A stretch of DNA of 64,000 nt from assembly GCF_006345805.1 (NCBI RefSeq), contig NC_043006.1, positions 94,240,001-94,304,000 of the forward strand. Reading direction: 5' to 3'. The notes beneath the pieces are model-generated. The model searched no databases. It was not told the DNA's origin and saw only the letters and a program-made list of their open reading frames with translations. The stretch is from Octopus sinensis. Its lineage: Eukaryota. Position numbers and translations under genes: made by a program. Positions 36,490 through 51,184 of the stretch are shown here, one piece after another (within the stretch, counting starts at the first letter, position 1; each line of letters begins with the position of its first letter).

Positions 36490-37174
36490 ATATATATATA
36501 TATATATGTGTGTGTATAAATCTATCTATCTATCTGTATGTATGTATGTTCCTTTGGGGGTTCCTTGGGCGTTTGCAGCATTTTTTTTACATTTGTTTGT
36601 TTTTGCATTTCACCTGAACTCAGAAGGGCATAGACGGACGAAGGGCCCCTAAGGATTTTGTCGACCATGCTAAAGATTAAAATATTTTAAGAGGAGCTGC
36701 ATTTATTATTGTCTGGTATTAACCGTACCAAACTCTGGAATGCAAAGAGGAAACGTTGAACCATGGCGTGCTTGAAATCATAGCTTAATTGCACGGGACT
36801 GAATTTGCGGACCTTCAATTCCCTCTCTCATTCACTCTCTTTCTCGCTTTCTGACTCCCCTGCTCGTTTGGTTTGAAACTTATATTTCAATTACAACAGC
36901 AATCAGCACCTACAAGACAAGAAAACTCCCCTTAACGTTGCTTGTATTCCACGCACCAAATACCTAAGAGACTAAAGCAAGGCAAGGAATAACAAGAAAA
37001 AAAGAAACAGATGCGTAACATACAAGTAGAATCTTATCTTCCCAAAAGACAATGCTACATACAACTGTAGAACAAGGAAATACATCTGGTAGCACGGAAG
37101 AAAGAGTGAAAACTGTAGTATTACATCAAAGTTAATTACGTTCGTTTCAACACCAGATCGAATATATATATGTG

Positions 37175-37242
<68 letters not shown>

Positions 37243-37900
37243 ATAAATCTATCTATCTATCTGTATGTATGTATGTTCCTTTGGGGGTTCCTTGGGCGTT
37301 TGCAGCATTTTTTTTACATTTGTTTGTTTTTGCATTTCACCTGAACTCAGAAGGGCATAGACGGACGAAGGGCCCCTAAGGATTTTGTCGACCATGCTAA
37401 AGATTAAAATATTTTAAGGAGGAGCTGCATTTATTATTGTCTGGTATTAACCGTACCAAACTCTGGAATGCAAAGAGGAAACGTTGAACCATGGCGTGCT
37501 TGAAATCATAGCTTAATTGCACGGGACTGAATTTGCGGACCTTCAATTCCCTCTCTCATTCACTCTCTTTCTCGCTTTCTGACTCCCCTGCTCGTTTGGT
37601 TTGAAACTTTATATTTCAATTACAACAGCAATCAGCACCTACAAGACAAGAAAACTCCCCTTAACGTTGCTTGTATTCCACGCACCAAATACCTAAGAGA
37701 CTAAAGCAAGGCAAGGAATAACAAGAAAAAAAGAAACAGATGCGTAACATACAAGTAGAATCTTATCTTCCCAAAAGACAATGCTACATACAACTGTAGA
37801 ACAAGGAAATACATCTGGTAGCACGGAAGAAAGAGTGAAAACTGTAGTATTACATCAAAGTTAATTACGTTCGTTTCAACACCAGATCGAATATATATAT
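36490..37900. repeat. Tandem duplication, two near-identical units of about 730 bp, bounded by (TA)n
   Basis: gtataaatctatctatc...accagatcgaatata repeats with a period of about 729. Confidence 0.9.
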
Positions 37901-37903
37901 GTG

Positions 37904-37979
<76 letters not shown>

Positions 37980-39222
37980 TAATTTATGTTTCTATGTATG
38001 CTCCTTTGAGGGTTTCTTATGGGTTTGCATGTTTTTTTTTTGACATTTGATTGTTGTATTTCGCCTGTACGTATGCGTGTGCGTAAGTTTACACATACAA
38101 CCACACTCACACACGCACACATGTAGAGAGTGAGAGCGAGGATGGAAAGATAAACAAACACCTAAACACACGAGAAATGTTACTAAAGTGTTCTGCTCAA
38201 CATACAATGGGAAAGAAAAGCTTTTATCTCATTTTAAGATAACATAGCAAGGCTTAACACGTTTGGAACAACACACACACACATGTGCAACTGCGCATGT
38301 GCGTGTGTGCGAGACTCGTTATTGCCATTTGCAATCTCGCCTGCTTCCATCTTTTGCGTGTAGTTAGAGGTATTTTATAGTATTTTGCACTTTATTGCAT
38401 ATAAGAATATTTGCAACGAAACATTTTGATTTCAATCTCATGGGTATACATCGATTTCGCATACACATGTACACACGCATATTTACATGCATACATACAT
38501 ACATACGTACATACATATATATATATACGGACGTACGTACGTATATACATATATACATACACACATTCACACATACATAAATATGTATTTACATACAGAA
38601 AGTTTTGTACATTTTCATATGAGGGAGTTATATATACGTGTACGTGTATGTATATGTATATAAGAATAGTATATAATGTATATACAAATAGATGTGTGAC
38701 ACATACACACACATACATAGGTGTTATATGTGTGCGTCTGCGAGTGTGTATGCGTGTGTGTGAGTATATCAAAGGATAGACGTTTATTCAAATACAGGCG
38801 CATGCAAATGCAAACTCAATCACACGTGCATGAAACGCATTAAGCGAAAAATACCATGCACCCACACATCTGAGTGTGTATTCGTATGTGTGTGTATCTG
38901 TATGTGTGTGTGTATCACACAGATGTGTGCACGCTCACACAAACACAACTATTTAAAAGTACAAAAAATGGCTGACTCTCGTTGAGCGCGTTTGATATCT
39001 CTTTATCGCATATTTCTCGCGTTCAACAGCAGAGATACAAGGGGATCCATGATAAATACTTTCACACTTCCAGTATTACGCGCCACATTCCTTCAAACAA
39101 ACCAGCTTCCTAGTTTCAAAGACTCTCACAACCATTTTATGCTTACCATTTATTTTTCTTTCCTCATTCTTTTTGTTCATTGGCTCTTTTCTGCTTCCAT
39201 TTTTATCATTTCGAACACATCC

Positions 39223-39262
<40 letters not shown>

Positions 39263-39375
39263 TTCTTCTTTCTTTCTTTTCTTCTTTCTTTCTTTTCTTC
39301 TTTCTTTCTTTCTTTCTCTCCTTCTTTCTTTCTTTCCTTTCTTTCAGTCTTTCTTTTTCTGTCTCTGTCTCTGTC

Positions 39376-39450
<75 letters not shown>

Positions 39451-39823
39451 TTCATTCTTTCATTTTCTCTTTCACTCTTTTATATATTTCTAATGATTTC
39501 AAGTAAGTTTGTTCGTTGAAACGTTTAAATCTGCTATGCTAGCTGTTGTGCATGCGGCTGTGTGTGTATGTGCGTGTGTGCGGGCGCGCATGTATATATC
39601 TGTGCTTAAGTAAGTGTATGTCTGTTTCTATAAATCCATGTGTGTGTGTGGGTGTGTATGCATACACACATAAATAGACACATCTATCTGTATATACATT
39701 ATATACGTATTTTTATATATGCACATACACGTACACGTATATATAAACCCACACGTACATATATTTACACAGCCATACACGTAAATATATATATATAATG
39801 CATATATACATACACACGCACAC

Positions 39824-39889
<66 letters not shown>

Positions 39890-39905
<16 letters not shown>

Positions 39906-40462
39906 ATATATATATATGCATACATATATATATTTATGTATGTCTGTATATATACATATATATATATACATTTTCATGTATATATATGCATACATATATA
40001 TGTATATATATATGTAAGTATAAACACATTCACACATATATACATGCATACCTATATATACATACATTCATACATACGTACATATATATATACATGTATA
40101 TATACATATGTATGCATATATATATACACATGTATGTATGTATGTTTTGGGAGAGAAAGAGAAGGAGAAAGAAATTGGAGGGGGCGGGGAAGAAATAATT
40201 CCATTCCGTACTTAAGTATTCTGCTTTTCAAACCATAAATCTAAACAGAAGCACATGCGCATAAATCACACACACACACACACACACACACACAACACAC
40301 ACACACACATAAACACACAAAACACCCACACAAAATATATAGAACCACGGTTAAACTAACTGTGGCTGTATATGCATGTGTGTGTTTGTGCATATACAGA
40401 AACAAATAAATATGCATATAAAGATGTGGGTGTATATATGTGTGCGTGTGTTTATATATATA

Positions 40463-40510
<48 letters not shown>

Positions 40511-40868
40511 ATATATATATATGCATACATATATATATTTATGTATGTCTGTATATATACATATATATATACATTTTCATGTATATATATGCATACATAT
40601 ATATGTATATATATATGTAAGTATAAACACATTCACACATATATACATGCATACCTATATATACATACATTCATACATACGTACATATATATATACATGT
40701 ATATATACATATGTATGCATATATATATACACATGTATGTATGTATGTTTTGGGAGAGAAAGAGAAGGAGAAAGAAATTGGAGGGGGCGGGGAAGAAATA
40801 ATTCCATTCCGTACTTAAGTATTCTGCTTTTCAAACCATAAATCTAAACAGAAGCACATGCGCATAAA

Positions 40869-40913
<45 letters not shown>

Positions 40914-41051
40914 AACACACAAAACACCCACACAAAATATATAGAACCACGGTTAAACTAACTGTGGCTGTATATGCATGTGTGTGTTTGTGCATATACA
41001 GAAACAAATAAATATGCATATAAAGATGTGGGTGTATATATGTGTGCGTGT

Positions 41052-41100
<49 letters not shown>
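39890..41100. repeat. Tandem duplication, two units of about 600 bp, bounded by (TA)n
   Basis: gggagagaaagagaagg...gaaccacggttaaactaac occurs at about 40149 and 40751. Confidence 0.9.
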
Positions 41101-41102
<2 letters not shown>

Positions 41103-41636
41103 GTGCGTGTGTGTATGTGTGTGTACGCATTAACACGTAGATATGCATATAAAGATGGTGGTGTATGTATGTGCGTCTGTGTATATATATGTGTGTTTGT
41201 GAATGTGTGTATGTTTGTGTGTGCGTGTGTGTGTGTGTATACATAAATTCTCAGAAATAATAATGCCTGGAAGAATGGACAGACAAAGAGATATACCGTT
41301 AGAAATATAGATAGATAGAAAGAGAGAGAGAGAGAGAGAGAGAGTGAGAGAGAGAGAGGAGGAAGAGGGTTTGATTGATAGTTAGACAAGCTGTCAAACA
41401 TTGAGCGAAGTAAATCGAAATATGCAGACAGGTGATTAAGACACATGCTCTTTCTCTCCCTCTCTCTCCTCTCTTTCTCTCTCCCTTTCTCTTTCACGCA
41501 CATGTACAAACACACACACACACACACACACACCAACACACACACACCAACGTACATACGCAAACATACAGTTTTAGATTTCTGTAGTATAGATTGGTAT
41601 ATACAGATGAATAGAGAGGAGGAAGTCACGATATAT

Positions 41637-41673
<37 letters not shown>

Positions 41674-42869
41674 CAGCATGTATAAAGATATACATTTACA
41701 CACATACACTTATGTATACTAAATGTTACAAACGTCTACGTATGTATGTATGTATGTATGTATGTATGTATGTATGTATGCATGTATGTATGTATGTATC
41801 GATCTATCTATCTATTTATCTACCTATCTATCTGTCTGTAAATCAATCTATCTGTATCTATATATGATTACAAATATATCATATATACACACGCGTACTA
41901 TATGCATGTGTCTATATATGTATATATGTGTGTGTGTATGCATATATAAGAATATTGATAAACAAGAATATATATACATCTACGTATATGAATATACCTA
42001 CAGGTATGTAAGCACGTACATGCACATCTCCATATATATCTACCTATATGTATATAAATATACGTACATATACTGAAACACAGACACACAGACACATACA
42101 CTCAAATACGCGCACACGTACATATATAAAATGAAAGAAATAGAGAAACAAACTTTTGGAGATAGAGACATGTTCTGAAGCATATCTTAGCATTCGGTTC
42201 CAATACGGGAGGAAGAAACGTGAAATGTTGTTGCGGTATTCACTGGATTTGCTTCTACATCTGGGAGTTCCTCTCTTGAATTATTAATCCCGATTAATCT
42301 GCAGGATTAAGAATGTCCAAGAAAAGAAACTTCGACGTAATCCAACGGCTTTACTGCAATAGTAGCTAACGACTCCCCGGAAATGGTTGCAAACATGTCT
42401 CAGGCGTTAGAGCTGGTCAGATGATGTATGACTAATTATCTATGCCGATGTTTACATCCGATGGGTCCGCCGTGAAATAGTCGCCGGATTCAAATATGCC
42501 CCCATTAGAAGGACGTCAATAAATTTACATGGAATATGTTTGTTTCGTTGCGTAGGAGAATTCCAACTGGAAACTAATAAAACCTATTAAAGACGGATGG
42601 CGCATCCGCTTCACCTTGCAGTGACTTCCTTTAGGTTTCGTTCTTTATCTTTTTCTTGTTTCATTTATTAGACTGCGGCCATTTTGGGGCACCGCCTTGA
42701 AGAATTTTTAGTGTAATCAGTCGTCTACAGAACTTATTCTTTGGAACCCGACACTTGTTCAATCGGTCTCGTTTGTCGAACCGCTAAATTACGGAAACTT
42801 AAACACGCCGACACAAACACACACACACACACATACATACACACACACACATATATATATACATACACA

Positions 42870-43200
42870 CATACATGGTGGCTGCGCCCTCGTTATCGAG
42901 TATGGCCATTGCACGAAGCTTAATCAATGGTGTTATCATGCAATGCCTGTGCAAGAAGATTTTTTTTAAGTGCGGAAAGGCTGTGGACTGAGTCAATCCC
43001 ACTCACTAAGCAACAGCAGCCATAATCCGAAAAGAAGAACAAGTCAACATCATCGGTAACCACTGAGCCGCAGGTTTTATGTCGGAGTTATCCCAATTAC
43101 CTGAGTTACCTTCTCCTAGAAGGATGCCCTAACAAAGGCTAGGAGTCCTTCACTCCCAATGGTTTAACCGCGCGATCGGGTATTCTGTCCGATTATTTCT
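42870..43200 (-). mobile_element. Bipartite non-autonomous RTE derivative (5'-UTR motif + RTE 3' tail, no ORF)
   Basis: The 3' end gccctcgttatcgagtatggccattgcacgaagcttaa matches the RTE tail at about 26510-26550. Minus-strand ggactcctagcctttgttagggcatccttctaggagaaggt resembles RTE 5'-UTRs. Confidence 0.65.
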
Positions 43201-43249
43201 ATGTCCCAGCGCATGATACATCCTTAAGACATTTATACATACATACATA

Positions 43250-43419
43250 GGCGCAGGAGTGGCTGTGTGGTAAGTAGCTTGCTTACCAACCACATGGTTC
43301 CGGGTTCATTCCCACTGCATGGCACCTTGGGGAAGTGTTTCCTACTATAACCTCGGACCGACCAAAGCTTTGTGAGTGGACTTGATAGACGGAAACCGAA
43401 AGAAGCCCGTCGTGTATAT

Positions 43420-43485
<66 letters not shown>

Positions 43486-43680
43486 TGTGTGTGTGTGTGT
43501 CTGTGTTTGTCGCCCAGCATCGCATGACAACCGATGCTGGTGTGTTTACGTCCCCGTAACTTAGCGGTGCGGCAAAAGAGACAGATAGAATAAATACTAG
43601 GCTTCCAAAGAATATGTCCTGGGTGGTGCTCTAGCATGACCACAGTGAAAAGACTGAAACAAATAAAAAAAATAAAAGAA
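43250..43680 (+). mobile_element. SINE family A
   Basis: Full head and 3' module; an inverted family-A tail lies at about 42655-42820. Confidence 0.85.
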
Positions 43681-43741
43681 TACACACATGCATACGGTCT
43701 GAATCTTGATGGATGTTGTTGAAGATGCATTTGTATAAAGA

Positions 43742-44980
43742 TATTTTGTTTGGTAAATAAATTCATTTGTTTCTTTGAATTAACACGAAAACCATTTTTA
43801 TTGTAGTGGTTTATTGTTTTGTTTTGTTCTGTTCTTCTGTTTATCGTTTTTGAAATTTGTATAAAATTTTACTTCGTTTCGGACATGTGACGACAACGTG
43901 CCAAGTAGAAAGAAAATGAGCATTTTTGACACGTGGTAGTCTTCGTTTTCAATCAATGTTACAAAGTTGCCAAAGCCGCAAGAAATATTAGTGAGAAGGT
44001 GCTATAACTGAAAGAACTGCACAGAGTTGGTTTCCACGCTTCAAGTAGGGGAAATTTGACCTTAAAGACTTTCTGCGTTCCGACCGACCTGTTCACTTCA
44101 ATAAGGGTCGACTGAACGAAGTCATTCACGTTGATCCGTGCCAGTCTACTAGGGAATTGACTAAGCAGATGGAATGTTCTCGTGATACCGCTACCTGTCA
44201 GTTTCACTGGATGAGTAAGGTGCATGGGTACCACACGTTCTGAAGGAAATAGACAAAACTACAGAGCTGCTGCTTCACCGCCAGTTTGCTCGCTTAACGC
44301 AACTTTACTTGTGGATACAAAGATTTCTTTGCCGCATCGTCACCAGCAGTGGAGAATGGTGTATTTACGTCAATACAAAGCAGTAGAAAAATGGTTGAAT
44401 TCCGACAAGCAAGCAACAGCTCAAACCAAGCCAGAGCTGCATCCACGCAAGATAATGATTAGTATTTGATAAGACTGGAATGGGCTAATCCAATATTAAA
44501 TGCTGGCAACCTACTAAACGGTCAATGCAAAGCCTTATGTCCAATAAATACCACCAGCGGGACAAGGCAGTCCGGTTGAAACAGCTTTGGTCGCAACATG
44601 AGGTGCTTCTCCAACACGACATCTCTCGTCCCTGCGACGTTAATTTTGACAAAAAATGCTATACAAGAGCTCAGATAGGAAATTCTAGCGCACTCATTGT
44701 ATTCTTCGGATAATGCATCTTCAGACGACCACCTTTTTCGGTCTCTCCATTAACCTGCGTGGCATTTTGTTCAACAACGACGCAGGAGTGTAAATGTGAT
44801 TCTATGAATTCTCTGAGAGAGGACCAATGGTCTCTATCATCAAGGCCTTGACAAGCTTGTGGAACGATGGCAAGAAACCATGAATAATGAAGGAGACTGT
44901 ATTATTGAGTCTTGTGTTAAAATTGGTGATAAAAAATAAAGATTAAAATAAATGGAAACGAATTTATCTGACAGCCCATA
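43742..44980 (+). mobile_element. Decayed full-length mariner element (about 1.24 kb)
   Basis: Frameshifted transposase remnants (ERTAQSWFPRFK.GKFDL.D, DPCQSTREL, HPRKIMISI), right TIR ggaaacgaatttatctgacagccca+TA, and a degenerate left TIR. Confidence 0.8.
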
Positions 44981-45050
44981 CGTGCATAAATACACACACA
45001 TACCACGTCTATCGATACAATATTGTAGTATGTATGTATGTATGTATGTA

Positions 45051-45082
<32 letters not shown>

Positions 45083-45114
45083 TCTATATATTATACACAC
45101 ACACACACACACAT

Positions 45115-45179
<65 letters not shown>

Positions 45180-45478
45180 ATATATATATATATATAATAT
45201 ATATATATATCTATATATATATATATGAAACGTGTGTTTGTATATGTACACATTCATTGTACAAGTCATTGTGTTTGTGTGTGTGTAATTGTGGTTGATA
45301 CCCGGAGGTTTTAGTGAGAATCTTTGACATTTTGTTAAAAATAATTCCGTTGAGTTCTCTACTTTTTTCCATACAACGTCAGATTGCTTTATTATTAATT
45401 ATTATTAATATCATCGACATTATCTTCTTGTAACAATGATTCATCTCATCATCCTCTCCTTGGTAAATAAAAAAATCG

Positions 45479-45528
<50 letters not shown>

Positions 45529-45529
45529 C

Positions 45530-46020
45530 ATTGAGTGAGAGACCAGTGCATGCCATTAAAGTGACATTGGGGTAAAATATACGAAGCCCAGTATACCCAT
45601 CATGACTACCCGTCTGATAAGGATACACCAGGCACATGCATCACAACCATATGTGCGCGACATGGTGATCTCATATCAAGATACACAACACATGACCTTG
45701 CAGGTGAGGCCCAGTTAGAATTTTCTTCAGGTTGAGTAGCCCATCCCGCTCAAAAGGTCCCTGAATAAGGGTTGTTTAAGGATGTTGAAAGAACCACCCA
45801 TGTTTCCAGAGGTGAATTATTCAAACCCCAAAGAATCCCTCTCAACACATGGCTATGATGCTCCCCCACTACTTCTGCTCGTGAACAGAGATGCAAATAT
45901 CGTCAGCCACTAAGGGACATGCTCAACTGGTTAAGGTCAAACAACTGACAAGCAAATCTGTGGTATTGAGCAGAATATTTGCTGTAGCCCATCTTTTATA
46001 CCAAAACAAAACAATGTACA

Positions 46021-46025
<5 letters not shown>
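45530..46025 (+). mobile_element. Non-autonomous repeat embedded in (ATT)n arrays
   Basis: Copies at 29285-29640 (-) and 33470-33600 (-); here it is flanked by (TTA)n on both sides. Confidence 0.75.
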
Positions 46026-46071
<46 letters not shown>

Positions 46072-46110
46072 CATCAATATTCGTATTATTATTATTAAGG
46101 CGGCGTGCTT

Positions 46111-46141
<31 letters not shown>

Positions 46142-46384
46142 TTATTATTATTATTATTATCATCATCAAATGTTATGTATCTATCGTTAGCACGCCGGGC
46201 AAAGTGCTTAGCGGTATTTTATCCGTCCTCGCGGCCTGAATTCAAATTCCGTGAGGTTAACTTTGCCTTCCATCCTCTTGGGTCGATAAAATAAGTACCA
46301 ACCGAGCACTGGGGTTGATGTACTCGACTTATCCCCTCCCCAAAATTGTTGGCCTCGTGTCAAAATTCGAAATCATCATTATTA

Positions 46385-47465
46385 TTATTTAATGAAAACT
46401 CTCAGCTTATTTTGCTGGGTATGAAGGAAGGTGTCAGCCAACAGACTAAAGTGTTTTACTGGTCATGCTTCAAGAACCCTGCGAAAACTTCCTGCAGTTC
46501 CAAGCAATGCTGGTTTTTGTAGGGGTTCTACCCTTACATTTGTACCAATATCTGGTATGCCTTAGTCCTCACGTATTACATCCAGATTTTTTGAAATTGT
46601 TCCGAATGCACTGATGACAAAGAAGACGCTTTGACTGTTGCGTCTTGTGTTTCTCGTACCTGGCTCCCCTAATCCTTGTATTTGTCTACCTTTACCCTTT
46701 CGGTGATTTCAACATTCTGGTCTGCAGGAACAGCGATGTCTATCATGACCCATTTATGTGTGTCTCCGAAAACAATTGTAATAGCATGGCAATTATACTC
46801 CACATGCCTGTCTGTAAAATGACCATGTCCTATATGAGCTTTATTCGCTCATTCTCAACCAAGGCCTGTGGAATTTAGCTACAGAAATTATCTGTGCACA
46901 TAAAGGGACATTTTTGCAGAGTTCCCAATACGCCATAGGGTAGACCTTGTCCTGTCGACGTCCGTACACTCTTCATGCTACTATGAGTAGCCACTGATAA
47001 TGTGACGAACACTTTCAGCTTCCTGCCCACGTTTTATGCACAATGGTGACTCTGATGTGTGGTCTATAGAGGACTTGATAGAATTTGTTCTCAAAGCCTG
47101 GTCTAATTATTGTTATTATTGATTTGACTCAGGATCGTTCTTATTCCAAGCAGAGTTTATGTGGTTAGCGAGTTACTACCTTAGCTTTCAGTATTGATAC
47201 ATCAATTAGAAAGCATTTTTTTCTTCATTATCTCTGACAACTATATCTGGCCTATTGTCCTTAATTTCTCTATTTGTGTGTATTGGCCTATCCCATAGTA
47301 TTGTTGCTTTCTCGTTTTCTGTCGTGTCCCTATACCATCTTTTTTTCTGTTGTTACTCCATAGTGTTAGCATAGCTTCCAGTGTATGTAGGCCCCAACTC
47401 TGTCATGTCTGTGAATATATTCCTTCTTAGCCAGGACTGGGCAGCCAGAGACAATATGATTTATT
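46385..47465 (-). mobile_element. Decayed R4/Dong-like non-LTR element 3' part (zinc knuckle + RLE domain)
   Basis: Minus-strand remnants ESVRHIISG, ENERIKLIWDMVILQT and a C-terminal tail; the 3' end runs into (TAA)n. Confidence 0.7.
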
Positions 47466-48294
47466 GTTTCTTCTTCTTCTTCTTCTTCTTCTTATTATTA
47501 TTATTATCATCATCAAATGTTATGTATCTATCGTTGTTTCTTTTTTGTCTTACGTTATGCACTTTAACCGAACTATCCAGCAGTTACCGATATTTATACG
47601 TGTATAGGGCGCATTGCTAATTCAGTGTTATATCTTGCTACAAAGTTCCCTTCGTAGATTCAGCTTCGTCTGACGTATAAATTGCATCCAAGTTTTTTTT
47701 CCTCTTAAAATCTCGTGTAAAATAGTGCGACTTATACACGAGTCAATGCTGTAATTATTAAACACCCGCGAAAAGGGACACATAAGACACAAAGTGTAAA
47801 TATTATATATTAATTTGGATGGCTATATATTTATGTCTGCGGTGTATGTGCTGAGATAATCTACAGCAATGTACGTCAATAAAGTTTACTTCGAGCTATA
47901 TAAAAATATTTCTTAAGAAACGAGTATATATTTTGTTTTTTAAAGAGTTGAACTAAAGAGCTCAATAAACAGCTTAGAGGAATGTACATGAATATAATGT
48001 AAGCAGACTATAAACAGATAAAAAGCAGCTCAAACACACCCCATATATCAGATATATACATGTACGTATGTACGGATATACATGTATGTATGTGTGTGCG
48101 TGTTTATATATATATAAACGCTCACATATATATTAAAATAAATAAACTTTATTTGTCTTCGTTTGTTTGTAATTCAGACGAACTTCAAAATATAATATTA
48201 TCATGTGATGCTCTAAGCGATTCTTTCATTTTACCTATTTTGTTAAATTCTGCAGAAGAAGTTAGTCTTTGCGTACAATATGTCTACGCGTCCA

Positions 48295-48515
48295 TCGGCA
48301 AAGTGCTGGCAGATTCGTTACCGCGCCGGGGAAAATGTTTAACGGCAAATCAAATCCGTCTTTACGGTTTAAGTTCGAATTCCGCCGAGACCGACTTCAC
48401 CGGTAATCCTTTCAGGGTCGATAAAATAAGTACCAATGGAGCACTGGGGTGGATGTAATCGACTTACCCCACCAAAAGAAAACTTACTGACCTAGTGCCA
48501 AAATTTGAAACCAAC
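48295..48515 (+). mobile_element. SINE family B, diverged
   Basis: aagttcgaattccgccgagaccgacttc..atcctttcagggtcgataaaataagtacca. Confidence 0.75.
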
Positions 48516-48583
48516 ATGTCTCTATGATCAAGCAAACCTTAACATATACACAAACATCATACATACATGCGTGTGTGTTTATG

Positions 48584-48618
<35 letters not shown>

Positions 48619-49088
48619 CATTTAATGTACACAATATGAAGTTAAGAACTACAAAAAATTTCGGGATTGTTGACGTGAATCCAGACAGGTTTTATAACAT
48701 GCGTTGTGCCTCCAAGTAATCTTCAGGCTCTGATCATATGGTCTATTCAATTTACAGTTCAAGGTACATGTACACACACATACATAGACATACACACACG
48801 CACACACATGACTTCTTATTTTATTAATTTTTTGAAGGGACATCAATCTTCAGGCTCCAACGAAGTACAAACACTTCAATTTCGGTATTGAATACTTTAT
48901 CCTCTTATATACATTCAAATCTTTACAACTCTCTATCCATTCGTCCGTCTATTCTTCTCTGCCTTCACATAAATATTTGCTGGGCGGAAGAGGTCTTGAC
49001 TGGAGTTGGCAGGTCTTTCATCGCCATCTTCGTTTCTTCGATGACGTTTCGTATAAAGTGTATACACACACACACACAGACACACACA

Positions 49089-49121
<33 letters not shown>

Positions 49122-49292
49122 CGATGAACAAACGTGTTTATGTAATGAAAGAATATCAGCATCGAAAATGGTACTAATAGAAAACAAGCACCAAAAAAAT
49201 GCAAATGCCACATATGTAGAAAATTGATTCGTTCTACACCTTCGTTGTACACACACATGCATACATATATGTGTTTATGTATGGAATATCAT

Positions 49293-49396
<104 letters not shown>

Positions 49397-49655
49397 TATA
49401 CATATGTATACACACATACACAGATATATATTTGTATGTAAGAATATATGTGTGTATATATATATATATAGTAGATACACGATACATGCATATAAGTGAA
49501 TACATACTTTCACAATACATACACACACATACACATACATACACACACACACACACATACATGCATACATACATGCATACATAGATGCATACATACATGC
49601 ATTGAATACATACAGTAAATTACAATATATACACTTTTTTATTTTCTGGAATTAG

Positions 49656-49697
49656 CTGCGATTGCCGGATGCTCCCTAGATAGAAACCCGAACAACG
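49656..49697 (+). CDS. Candidate 42-nt phase 1-1 exon (xAIAGCSLDRNPNN); duplicate at 50636-50677
   Basis: acttttttattttctggaattag| ... ACG|gtgcgt; only one frame is open. Confidence 0.3.
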
Positions 49698-49994
49698 GTG
49701 CGTCACTGCTCCGCATGAGATAACAAGGTTGTCGGAAGCTTTTTGAAAATTTCTATGATCACTGGTGGACATCTAATTAAGGATATGTCCGTAACGTAAG
49801 CTTTAGGATTGATTGTACATATATTACAGAGAGTTGGTTATATACACACGACATTCCAGTATCCATTCAACTGTGCCAAACTACGAGATCAGATCAATAA
49901 CAAAATTTCTGCCTCTAATCGATCAAACACTCTTTCTCTCTCTTTCTCTCCCTCCGTTCCCCCTCTCTGTCTCTCCCCTCTCTGTATTATTCAG

Positions 49995-50021
49995 GTGAGA
50001 GGTTCGTTACAAAAGTGCATG
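49995..50021 (+). CDS. Candidate 27-nt exon or recursive splice site AG|GTGAGA; duplicate at 50975-51001
   Basis: About 55-nt pyrimidine tract, ttcag|GTGAGA..., donor ATG|gtagtt; xERFVTKVH (1-1) or VRGSLQKCM (0-0). Confidence 0.3.
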
Positions 50022-50331
50022 GTAGTTACCACATTCCACTTACTTCACATTGATAAACCTCTAATACGTATATATGTACGTACATACATTTATACACATA
50101 CATACACACACACACACAGACACACACACACACACACACACACAACACACACACACACCCCGATGAACAAACGTGTTTATGTAATGAAAGAATATCAGCA
50201 TCGAAAATGGTACTAATAGAAAACAAGCACCAAAAAAATGCAAATGCCACATATGTAGAAAATTGATTCGTTCTACACCTTCGTTGTACACACACATGCA
50301 TACATATATGTGTTTATGTATGGAATATCAT

Positions 50332-50397
<66 letters not shown>

Positions 50398-51112
50398 GTA
50401 TACACACATACACAGATATATATTTGTATGTAAGAATATATGTGTGTATATATATATATATATAGTAGATACACGATACATGCATATAAGTGAATACATA
50501 CTTTCACAATACATACACACACATACACATACATACACACACACACACATACATGCATACATAGATGCATACATACATGCATTGAATACATACAGTAAAT
50601 TACAATATATACACTTTTTTATTTTCTGGAATTAGCTGCGATTGCCGGATGCTCCCTAGATAGAAACCCGAACAACGGTGCGTCACTGCTCCGCATGAGA
50701 TAACAAGGTTGTCGGAAGCTTTTTGAAAATTTCTATGATCACTGGTGGACATCTAATTAAGGATATGTCCGTAACGTAAGCTTTAGGATTGATTGTACAT
50801 ATATTACAGAGAGTTGGTTATATACACACGACATTCCAGTATCCATTCAACTGTGCCAAACTACGAGATCAGATCAATAACAAAATTTCTGCCTCTAATC
50901 GATCAAACACTCTTTCTCTCTCTTTCTCTCCCTCCGTTCCCCCTCTCTGTCTCTCCCCTCTCTGTATTATTCAGGTGAGAGGTTCGTTACAAAAGTGCAT
51001 GGTAGTTACCACATTCCACTTACTTCACATTGATAAACCTCTAATACGTATATATGTACGTACATACATTTATACACATACATACATACATACATGCACA
51101 CACACACACACA

Positions 51113-51184
<72 letters not shown>

